From NCBI GenBank assembly GCA_021646465.1, contig SOET01000022.1:6737-30736 (forward strand): a DNA stretch of 24,000 bases. The letters are read 5' to 3'. The notes under the pieces are model-generated. The model saw only the letters and a list, made by a program, of their open reading frames with translations, did not search any database and had not been told where the DNA came from. The position numbers and the translations under genes were made by a program. Below are positions 17,140 to 24,000 of the stretch, one piece after another (the stretch's first letter is position 1; each line of letters begins with the position of its first letter). Origin of the DNA: Candidatus Kuenenia hertensis. Its GTDB lineage: Bacteria > Planctomycetota > Brocadiia > Brocadiales > Brocadiaceae.

Positions 17140-18144
17140 ATGAGACCGTTAAATATTGCTGTATTGATGGGTGGTATTTCTTCTGAGCGTGAAATATCTT
17201 TACGCTCGGGGAATGCTGTCGCGAAAGCTCTGAAAGAAGTGGGGAATAATGTTATCTGCATTGATGTAAAAGATGAAAACATAGAAGAGATCGATCATAG
17301 AGAAATTGATGTTGCATTCATTGCCTTGCACGGATATTTTGGTGAAGACGGAGGGGTTCAGCAGCTTTTAGAAGCAAAAGGTATTCCCTATACAGGTTCT
17401 GGTGTTGATGCCAGTAAAATTGCAATGGACAAACTGGAGTCGAAAAAATATTTTTTGGCGGCAGGGATTAAGACACCGGAGTATTTTCCCATAAAAAAGT
17501 CCATGAAGTTGGCCGATATAGAGTCAAAGGTAAAAGAATTTGGTTTTCCTGTGGTAATAAAACAAACAAACGGTGGTTCCAGCATCGGTGTATCTATAAT
17601 TAAAAATGATAATAATCTCCATTCGCATGTAGAGAAAGCATTGAGATGTGGGGATGAAGTGTTTGTTGAAAGATATGTATCGGGAAGGGAGTTGACAGTT
17701 GGAATACTGGATAACAGGGCGTTGCCAATTATAGAGATTATTGTATCCGATATATTTTTTGATTATAATGCAAAATACAGAAGCGATAAGACACGATATT
17801 TTGTAATTAAAAAAAATTTTAAAGATGAAATAAACAGGCATGATAACCTCCGGCGTGAATCTGGTTTCTTGGATGCTGAATTGTATGACAAAGCGCAGGA
17901 ATTGGCTATTGAAGCACACAATGCTATAGGTTGCAGAGGATTTTCAAGGGTTGATATGCTGCTTGATAATAAGAATGATTTTTATATATTGGAAATAAAT
18001 ACAATTCCAGGTTTTACAGAAAAAAGTTTATTGCCGATGGCGGCAAGGGCATCTGATATTTCTTTCACAACGTTATGTGAAAAAATTGTCGATCTTGCTT
18101 TACAAAACAGTTTTGTTAGTATAGATGGGTCGATTAAAAATTAA
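17140..18144 (+). CDS. ddl: D-alanine--D-alanine ligase
   Basis: IAVLMGGISSEREISLRSG, HGYFGEDGGVQQLLEAKGIPYTGSG, DKLESKKYF, FDYNAKY, GFSRVDMLL and LEINTIPGFTEKSLLPMAA form the ATP-grasp Ddl pattern. Confidence 0.93.
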   Translation: MRPLNIAVLMGGISSEREISLRSGNAVAKALKEVGNNVICIDVKDENIEEIDHREIDVAFIALHGYFGEDGGVQQLLEAKGIPYTGSGVDASKIAMDKLESKKYFLAAGIKTPEYFPIKKSMKLADIESKVKEFGFPVVIKQTNGGSSIGVSIIKNDNNLHSHVEKALRCGDEVFVERYVSGRELTVGILDNRALPIIEIIVSDIFFDYNAKYRSDKTRYFVIKKNFKDEINRHDNLRRESGFLDAELYDKAQELAIEAHNAIGCRGFSRVDMLLDNKNDFYILEINTIPGFTEKSLLPMAARASDISFTTLCEKIVDLALQNSFVSIDGSIKN

Positions 18145-19045
18145 AAAATTTTTAAACCACATATTTAAATTCAAGTCTCTTGTTCCTTCTATTTCTGAAA
18201 AGTTTCATTGGTTCAATCGACAGTTCTATCCCTTTTTGTTAAAACTTGTTGGAGTGGTATGTATCATCATTTTAACAATTTGGGGATTAAAGAAGGTATG
18301 GAATACACTCATTGATTTAAGCATATTTAAGGTAAGTCCCGCGACTTTGACGTTTAATTTGCCTCCATGGATGAATAACCGTTTTTCTGAAGATATAAAA
18401 CAAGTAGAGGCATTACATGGCCAGTATAGTATGTATGAAAGAGATATAACGCATAAAATAGCAAAGGTATATGGTGATATTGTTTTGGTTAAAAAGGTGG
18501 ATTTGATAAAACGTGTATTTCCTAATAAACTTAATATAAAATTGACGATACGTAAACCTTTTATCTTTATAAAAAAAGGCGACAATTCTTATCTTGTTGA
18601 TGATGAATGTGTGTTGTTGCCAAAAGAATATTATAAATTCTCTGATGTTGATTACGTAAGTCCTTACATTCAGAGTAGAAAGTTGTCCCGGCTGCCTTTG
18701 CCTGGAAAAGAGTGGAACGACAAAAAGATTAAGGCAGGAATTGAATTGGTGAGATTTCTTCGGGCAAATAACATTCATAAGCTTTTCAATATTGTATCGG
18801 TTGATGTCACAAACGTGCATAGGGAACGATATTCAGGGAAAAGCGATATTGTTTTATGGACGGAAAACAATACTCAGATTCGTTGGGGTTGTTCCTCATT
18901 ATTTAAGCGCCCTGAGGAACTAACAGACGAAGAGAAATTGCAGAACCTTTTAAGCATCGCAAAGATTGAGGGGACTAGCTTGAAACAAATGGAGTATGTT
19001 GACGTGAGATGGAGCAAACCTGTTGGCAAAAGATGGAGAAACTAA
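18125..19045 (+). CDS. ftsQ: FtsQ/DivIB-like cell division protein (TM anchor plus POTRA-like domain)
   Basis: Canonical position after ddl, overlapping it by 20 nt. Contains a basic N-terminus, a TM helix (FLLKLVGVVCIIILTIWGL) and a POTRA-like VFPNKLNIKLTIRKPFIFI. Sequence conservation is weak, as is usual for FtsQ. Confidence 0.7.
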   Translation: MGRLKIKKFLNHIFKFKSLVPSISEKFHWFNRQFYPFLLKLVGVVCIIILTIWGLKKVWNTLIDLSIFKVSPATLTFNLPPWMNNRFSEDIKQVEALHGQYSMYERDITHKIAKVYGDIVLVKKVDLIKRVFPNKLNIKLTIRKPFIFIKKGDNSYLVDDECVLLPKEYYKFSDVDYVSPYIQSRKLSRLPLPGKEWNDKKIKAGIELVRFLRANNIHKLFNIVSVDVTNVHRERYSGKSDIVLWTENNTQIRWGCSSLFKRPEELTDEEKLQNLLSIAKIEGTSLKQMEYVDVRWSKPVGKRWRN

Positions 19046-19069
19046 AAAGTATAGGCAGGTTAAAAATAT

Positions 19070-19097
19070 TTGACATTTCATGCTGTGATGATAAAAT
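19070..19097 (+). promoter_or_regulatory. Putative sigma70-type promoter downstream of ftsQ
   Basis: TTGACA at 19070-19075, a 16-nt spacer, then TAAAAT at 19092-19097. It lies about 135 nt upstream of the tRNA-Leu 5' end. Motif match only. Confidence 0.3.
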
Positions 19098-19233
19098 TTA
19101 CTAAGTATTTTTTTAATAATTAGATACGTATTGATCAAATAGCAGAAAACAGTAAGCGTTGTTAAAATTTAACACATAGGAAATTGTTAAAAATAGACAG
19201 GAATTCCCTCAATAAAAAGCACATCAATACAAT

Positions 19234-19320
19234 GCGGAAGTGGTGGAATCGGCAGACACGCTAGCTTGAGGGGCTAGTCCTTTAACCGGGGTGGGGGTTC
19301 AAATCCCCCCTTCCGCACCA
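19234..19320 (+). tRNA. tRNA-Leu (anticodon GAG), type II with long variable arm, encoded CCA
   Basis: Hand-folded. Acceptor stem GCGGAAG/CTTCCGC. D stem GTG/CAC with a GG in the loop. Anticodon stem CTAGC/GCTAG with loop TTGAGGG, giving anticodon GAG at 19268-19270. 15-nt variable arm. T arm GGGGG-TTCAAAT-CCCCC. Discriminator A followed by CCA. Confidence 0.93.
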
Positions 19321-19453
19321 TTTTGTGTTCTCCCGCCATTCAGGTTTAGTTTTGAACAGATAAAAAGTAAGAATAAAATGTAATTTGATTGCATATCTTT
19401 TATAAAAGGCAAAAAAATCATGTTTAAATGTTTTCCTCTTACGAGAGGTAGTA

Positions 19454-21460
19454 ATGAATAAATACACACTGGTATTTATTGCAATTATTTTCACACTTTT
19501 ATCCGGTTGTGAAGAAACTCAAATAATGCAAACGGATTTTTTGCCGTTTAGAAAACCCGTTTCACTTTCAACTACAACCGAAAAAATAGAAAAAAAATCA
19601 TGGGAATATGAATTTGCGCCGGAAAAAGACATTTCGGAAGAGACGAAAGAGAAGGTACCGGATGAAATTGTATATCCTATGGAATACAGGAAGCCTGAAG
19701 CATCACTTTACAAACCTGGATATACCGGTGAGAAAATTGATATTGCACTAAACTTTGATGATGCCGAAATCAAGGATGTTGTGCAGGTAATACTTGGGGA
19801 GATTTTAAATGTAAACTACGTGTTGGATAAAAGGGTGGGGGGGAAAATCAACCTTCATGCCACCGGTGAAGTTTATAAAGAAGAACTGCTCTCCATGCTC
19901 AATTCCCTCCTCTATGTTTATAATTTTACAATACTGAAAGATGGAAATATTTACAACATACTCCCACAGGCGGAAGCCCGGAGAGAAACAAATATTATTG
20001 TTCTTGGGGATAAAATTCCCGAATGGAGTAAAGATGTTATTATTCAAATTGTGCCGTTGAAATATGCCGATCCGAAAAAATTGAGTGCAACGGTGAAACA
20101 ATTTATGTCGAGTATCGGAAATATTGTTACCCATGAAGACTTTCCCTACTTAATGATCATCGATAATGCTTCCGTAATGGAAAAACTGCTTACCATAATA
20201 AAAACATTTGATGTGCCTTTTTTGTCAGGAAAGGCTATGAAGTTTTATGAGTTTAAATATGTAGACGCGAGAAATATGTCAAAGGATCTGGGGAATCTGG
20301 CAAAATCTCTGGGCGCAAAGGTCGGGGGAGATGGAGAATTTGATTTTGTGCCATTTTCAGATACAAATAAATTAATAGTGATTACGAAACTTCCGGAACT
20401 TTTGCCTAAAATAGACTTGTGGATAAAGAATATCGATGTTCCTCCCACTGAATTAGATGAGGAAATGAGAATTTATGTATATAAAGTTCAGCATCAGAAG
20501 GCAGAGACAATTGTCCCGATTATCACTCAGATGTATAGTGAAAAGATGGCAGCTCAACCAAAGAAACTGGGCATGGATATAGTAGAATCAATGAAGGTGC
20601 TTGCAGACCCGGAAACCAATTCTGTCATTGTTAAGTCAGTTCCCAGTGATTATAAGGGAATTAAGTCTATTATCGAGGCAATTGACGCAACCCCGCAGCA
20701 AGTTTTTATAGAAGTGTTGATTATAGAAGTAGATCTGAGAGATACCCTCGATTACGGAGCAGAGTGGGCATGGTTAAGTAGCAATTTGGAAGTATTTGGC
20801 TTGGGAGATCTTGCAAGGACTGCCGGTAATCCAACGGTGCATTTTACCAACACATTTGCGAAAGGGAACTTTGAGATTTTCATGGATATTCTTGCTACAT
20901 ATTCTGATGCAAAAATACTTTCGGCACCGCATATATTAGTACGTGACGAACAACCTGCAAGTATTCAGGTAGGAGAAGAAGTACCGATTCTTACCAGCTC
21001 AGGCCAACAGTCAGGCACTACGGTTACATTTGAACAGGTACAGTATCGCGATACCGGTATTATCCTTACCGTAACGCCTCATATCGCGGAAAATGGTTTT
21101 ATTACTCTTGAAGTAAATCAGGAAGTAAGTAACGCTCAGGAAACAACAACAGGCGTGAGTGATTCTCCGACATTTTCCACCCGCCAGGCGCAAACCTCAC
21201 TGGTGATAAAAAGCGGACATACGATAAGCCTTGGCGGTATTATTGAACAAAAAAATGAGAAAAGTATAAGCAAAATACCTCTCTTGGGCGATATACCCTA
21301 TATGGGAAATTTATTTAAGCTGACATCGTTTTCCAACAAGAGGACAGAGTTAATAATGTTGATAACACCATATATCGCAAACAATGCAGAAGAAGCCGAT
21401 TCTTTAACAGAGGCATTTGAGAAAAAATTACAGGAAATTAATTTCCTGGTAAATCAGTAG
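19454..21460 (+). CDS. gspD: Secretin (GspD/PilQ family) with lipoprotein signal peptide
   Basis: Signal peptide ending in the lipobox LLSGC. N0-like domain IALNFDDAEIKDVVQVILGEILNVNYVLDKRVGGKINL, followed by repeated N-domains. C-terminal secretin domain with SAPHILVRDEQPASIQVGEEVP, FEQVQYRDTGIILTVTP, KIPLLGDIPYMGNLFK and RTELIMLITPYI. Confidence 0.88.
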   Translation: MNKYTLVFIAIIFTLLSGCEETQIMQTDFLPFRKPVSLSTTTEKIEKKSWEYEFAPEKDISEETKEKVPDEIVYPMEYRKPEASLYKPGYTGEKIDIALNFDDAEIKDVVQVILGEILNVNYVLDKRVGGKINLHATGEVYKEELLSMLNSLLYVYNFTILKDGNIYNILPQAEARRETNIIVLGDKIPEWSKDVIIQIVPLKYADPKKLSATVKQFMSSIGNIVTHEDFPYLMIIDNASVMEKLLTIIKTFDVPFLSGKAMKFYEFKYVDARNMSKDLGNLAKSLGAKVGGDGEFDFVPFSDTNKLIVITKLPELLPKIDLWIKNIDVPPTELDEEMRIYVYKVQHQKAETIVPIITQMYSEKMAAQPKKLGMDIVESMKVLADPETNSVIVKSVPSDYKGIKSIIEAIDATPQQVFIEVLIIEVDLRDTLDYGAEWAWLSSNLEVFGLGDLARTAGNPTVHFTNTFAKGNFEIFMDILATYSDAKILSAPHILVRDEQPASIQVGEEVPILTSSGQQSGTTVTFEQVQYRDTGIILTVTPHIAENGFITLEVNQEVSNAQETTTGVSDSPTFSTRQAQTSLVIKSGHTISLGGIIEQKNEKSISKIPLLGDIPYMGNLFKLTSFSNKRTELIMLITPYIANNAEEADSLTEAFEKKLQEINFLVNQ

Positions 21461-21470
21461 GCTGATAAAG

Positions 21471-21947
21471 ATGAAAAATGCTTTGTGTCAAAACAGAAAA
21501 GGGTTTACCTTGCTTGAGGTTATGGTTGCGTTGGCAATTATAGGTATTTCCATTGGTATTTTCTTTAGCATGGTGGGTAATTCTTCAAAAATAAGAGGTA
21601 AAATTGATGATCATGCGAATTTGTTATTGTTAGCAAGGACTAAGACGGAAGAATCCTTTTTGGGGATGCTTGACGTTGTATATACCATCAAAGAGAATGA
21701 AAAAACAATATACGAGGGAATTACTCCAAATGGTATTAAATGGAAAGTGTTGGAAATCGATAAATATAAAGAAGCCACAGAGAAATTAATGAGTGTGGGG
21801 ATGACTGAAGAAGAGGATATTGAATTGCCCCCTAAGGGTGTTATTGCATTGAATACACAAGTAGAAGGGATAAAGATTGATACTGTATCATTTTTTGAAG
21901 AGAAGAAGGAAGATGACGAAACAGAGAACCTGGAAAATGAGCAGTAG
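21471..21947 (+). CDS. Minor pseudopilin, GspI-like (prepilin-type N-terminal cleavage/methylation domain)
   Basis: Leader MKNALCQNRK, then GFTLLEVMVALAIIGISIGIF (G/F cleavage site, E at +5). GspI-like helix continuation DDHANLLLLARTKTEESFLG. Acidic C-terminal tail EEKKEDDETENLENEQ. Confidence 0.7.
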   Translation: MKNALCQNRKGFTLLEVMVALAIIGISIGIFFSMVGNSSKIRGKIDDHANLLLLARTKTEESFLGMLDVVYTIKENEKTIYEGITPNGIKWKVLEIDKYKEATEKLMSVGMTEEEDIELPPKGVIALNTQVEGIKIDTVSFFEEKKEDDETENLENEQ

Positions 21948-22761
21948 TTATTGCAACAGATACAATGATGGTAGTATACAGAATGAGAAAGGCTTTACAC
22001 TATTTGAGCTATTAATAGCCCTTTTTGTTGGTACGGTACTTATTATGTCGGGTGTATATGCCATCAGGATTGGGTTGTTTTCTATGGAAAGGGAAGGAGT
22101 CTGGTTTAGCGATTCCACAAGGGAAAAAGCGGCTTTTGATTTTTTCTGGCAACAGTCATCTTCCTTATATAACCAAAAACTTCCAAGAGAAAACAGACTC
22201 TTGAGTGATAATGTAAAAAAAAAGAAGGAAAATATGTTTGTTGGCGAAGAAGATTTTCTTGCTTTTGTTTCGCCTCTTTCTTTAAAAAAACATTATTCAC
22301 AGGGTTTGGTTGTTGCAAGTTACAAGGTAATAATGAATGACGATAATAAGTGGGATTTGATTTATGTTGAAAGGCAATTAAATCCAAAAATATTGATGGA
22401 TTTGGCGGAAGGGTTTAAAACGAATTTTCGTATGGAAGCGAATGCTGTTTTATATGAAGATCATACGGTATTTTTTAACGATTGTGAATCTGTTGCATTT
22501 GAATATTTAGTCTCTGATAAGGAAGCGATGGACGATGATGACGATATTGAGGATATTGCGGATATTGAGAATGAGGGGGAACCCCTTGCAACAGATAAAA
22601 ATAATGCTAATATTAAAGAAGGCGCGAAAGCGATATGGAAGGGAAAAATTATAGGAAAAATCCCGAAGGCAATAAAATTAACGGTAACAAAAAATGGGGA
22701 AGAACAAGTGCTTATAATACCAATCATGGTTATGTACTCGTTTTTAGCTTATGGACAATAG
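21937..22761 (+). CDS. Minor pseudopilin, GspJ-like (prepilin-type N-terminal domain), with acidic insert
   Basis: EKGFTLFELLIALFVGTVLIM prepilin motif. GspJ-like blocks FVGEEDFLAFVSP, LVVASYKV..LIYVERQ, VAFEYL and PKAIKLTV. The ATG at 21937 overlaps the upstream stop by 11 nt and is preferred over the ORF-track start at 21877; the ATG at 21913 is also possible. Confidence 0.6.
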   Translation: MSSSYCNRYNDGSIQNEKGFTLFELLIALFVGTVLIMSGVYAIRIGLFSMEREGVWFSDSTREKAAFDFFWQQSSSLYNQKLPRENRLLSDNVKKKKENMFVGEEDFLAFVSPLSLKKHYSQGLVVASYKVIMNDDNKWDLIYVERQLNPKILMDLAEGFKTNFRMEANAVLYEDHTVFFNDCESVAFEYLVSDKEAMDDDDDIEDIADIENEGEPLATDKNNANIKEGAKAIWKGKIIGKIPKAIKLTVTKNGEEQVLIIPIMVMYSFLAYGQ

Positions 22762-23690
22762 TAGTTATTGGGTTTATCGCATTAAGTTTTACACGTAATA
22801 CCGGTACTGCCATAAAAACTGAATTGGCATTTACCGAACGAGTAAGAAATATTTATGCTGCCAGAGGGGCATGTATTTATGCGATAAAAATGATATTGAC
22901 TCCGGAAAAACAGAGAGAAAAGGAAGAGGAGAGTAAAAAAAGAAGGAATAAAACAAAGAATACCAAAGGGAAAAATGAAGGACAGTGGATGCCCGGTAAC
23001 GAGCCTTATTCCGTAGTGATAGGGGACAGAAATTGTGATGTGTATATCAGTGATGAAAGCGGGAAAATAAACATAAACAAGATTACTGATGAAACGAGAC
23101 CGAGTTTTATTAAATTCCTTTTGGCACTGAAAATTGAAGAACATGATGCTGAAATTATAACGGATTCTATATTAGATTGGGTGGATGATGATGATTTGCA
23201 CCATGTAAATGGTGCGGAAAAAAATTATTACGGTTCATTGCCTGAACCTTACGAACCTAAAAATGGATCATTTGAAATAATAGAAGAGTTAACATTGGTA
23301 AGGGGAATCACCTCTCAAATATATGAATTATTACGCGATCATGTAACTATTTATGGGTCTGATAAAATTAATGTTAACTTTGCATCTAAAGAAGTGTTGC
23401 TTTATGTACCTGATATTACCCCTGAAGTTGTTGATGCGATTCTTCAGTATAGAGATGAGAACGGCAAAATAGAAAAATTCAGAGAGTTAAAGGAATTATT
23501 CAGGGGATATGGTATTATCGGTTCATATTTTCAGGAAGTGACTAAATATTTAACCGTGTACGATTCAAATTTCCTGACGATTCATTCTATTGCATATCCT
23601 GAAGAATCGGGAAATTTTTATGGCTCTTATAAAATAATTGTCCGAAAAGGAAGTGGGGATTTTAATATTATTGCAGTGTACCCTGATTAG
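22635..23690 (+). CDS. GspK-like minor pseudopilin
   Basis: Hydrophobic N-terminal segment GYVLVFSLWTIVVIGFIALSF without E+5. GspK-like blocks YYGSLPEPYEPKNGSFEIIEELTLVRGIT and KINVNFASKEVLLYVPDITPEVVDAILQYRDENG. The only canonical start in frame is the ATG at 22635, which overlaps the upstream gene by 127 nt. Confidence 0.75.
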   Translation: MEGKNYRKNPEGNKINGNKKWGRTSAYNTNHGYVLVFSLWTIVVIGFIALSFTRNTGTAIKTELAFTERVRNIYAARGACIYAIKMILTPEKQREKEEESKKRRNKTKNTKGKNEGQWMPGNEPYSVVIGDRNCDVYISDESGKININKITDETRPSFIKFLLALKIEEHDAEIITDSILDWVDDDDLHHVNGAEKNYYGSLPEPYEPKNGSFEIIEELTLVRGITSQIYELLRDHVTIYGSDKINVNFASKEVLLYVPDITPEVVDAILQYRDENGKIEKFRELKELFRGYGIIGSYFQEVTKYLTVYDSNFLTIHSIAYPEESGNFYGSYKIIVRKGSGDFNIIAVYPD

Positions 23691-23704
23691 TAAGTGTTTA
23701 AATT

Positions 23705-24000
23705 ATGAGTAGGATTCCGTTTGTTGGCATCTTTTCTCCCCGTGGCACAGGTTTATCCTTGTATGGAAATGATCTTGTTATTACATCTGTTTCCAAGCAA
23801 TTAATCAAATTATCCCATGAAACATTTATAGTAAAAGATTTCTTAGTTAAAGATGGTCAGCAATTAAAACCAATTTTAGTGCAACAGAAAAAACTTGATG
23901 GGGAAATAATTCTCTCAGTACCAAGGGAATTATGCGTTATCAGAGAAATAGAATTTCCCTATGCGAATATCAAAGAATTACGGGAAGCGTTAACGTATCA
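23705..24000 (+). CDS. 5' part of a GspL/PilM-like assembly protein (runs off the window)
   Basis: I translated this manually. The frame is open from the ATG at 23705 to the window end (MSRIPFVGIFSPRGTGLSLYGNDLVITS...ILSVPRELCVIREIEFPYANIKELREALTYQ). The VxR-I-xxP...L..AL.Y pattern resembles the N-terminal actin-like domain of GspL/PilM. Its position after a gspK-like gene also fits. Confidence 0.45.
   Translation, partial: MSRIPFVGIFSPRGTGLSLYGNDLVITSVSKQLIKLSHETFIVKDFLVKDGQQLKPILVQQKKLDGEIILSVPRELCVIREIEFPYANIKELREALTY

Noticed and set aside
19282-19494. 70-aa minus-strand ORF spanning the tRNA-gspD spacer.
   Set aside because: Its C-terminus (GRGDLNPHPG) is simply the antisense translation of the tRNA-Leu T-arm and acceptor, and its 5' end overlaps the gspD start. 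It is spurious.
21877-21936. ORF-track upstream start for the gspJ-like gene (MILYHFLKRRRKMTKQRTWK extension).
   Set aside because: It would overlap the gspI-like gene by 71 nt and give a leader of about 38 residues before the G/F cleavage site. The ATG at 21937 gives a more typical prepilin leader and an 11-nt coupling overlap.
76-23144. Numerous 60-145-aa ORFs antisense to or nested within the called genes, e.g. 3125-3463(+), 5946-6299(-), 11662-12096(-), 13881-14309(-), 14654-14980(-), 16917-17282(-), 17524-17919(-), 18226-18585(-), 18413-18820(-), 19805-20134(-), 22461-22727(-) and 22782-23144(-).
   Set aside because: Each lies entirely opposite or inside a gene with strong family signatures. 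Their translations are low-complexity or Cys/Phe/Ile-rich with no recognisable motifs, and they have no SD sequences. This is typical of shadow ORFs in AT-rich DNA.
19321-24000. Genomic island integrated at tRNA-Leu carrying the secretion genes.
   Set aside because: Within the window there is no integrase, no repeat of the tRNA 3' end and no obvious composition shift by eye. Kept only as a low-priority check in the findings.
1-24000. CRISPR arrays, IS elements or transposases, rRNA genes, toxin-antitoxin or defence-system signatures.
   Set aside because: I scanned the ORF translations and intergenic regions. I found no repeat-spacer periodicity, no transposase, integrase or nuclease-like ORFs, and no terminal inverted repeats.

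Overview
AT-rich (about 40% GC by eye, not computed) bacterial chromosomal window with no rRNA, CRISPR array or recognisable mobile element. Left arm (1-4.8 kb): the tail of a zinc-ribbon-like CDS, a GatB/YqeY-domain gene and a PilZ plus two degenerate receiver-domain signalling gene on the + strand. These converge on a queA-nrdJ (class II ribonucleotide reductase) pair on the - strand. Core (5.0-19.0 kb): a tightly packed + strand division/cell-wall (dcw) operon, mraZ-rsmH-ftsL-ftsI-[orphan 89-aa ORF]-murE-murF-mraY-ftsW-murG-murC-ddl-ftsQ, preceded by a sigma70-like promoter and three 10-bp-phased AGTGG repeats that look like an MraZ operator. The cluster is unusual in three ways. It stops at ftsQ with no ftsA/ftsZ. 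murD and murB are missing from their conserved slots. It carries an uncharacterised small ORF and a structured ftsL-ftsI spacer. After ftsQ come a tRNA-Leu(GAG) and a type II secretion / type IV filament-like module: a lipobox-bearing secretin (GspD-like), GspI-, GspJ- and GspK-like minor pseudopilins with highly charged inserts, and the start of a GspL/PilM-like gene that runs off the window. The FtsZ-less but otherwise complete dcw layout with low GC resembles what I recall for anammox Planctomycetota. That taxonomic guess cannot be verified from the sequence alone. I see no clear-cut wholly novel multi-gene system. The best leads are the FtsZ/FtsA-less dcw architecture with its orphan ORF, and the atypical secretin/pseudopilin module directly downstream.
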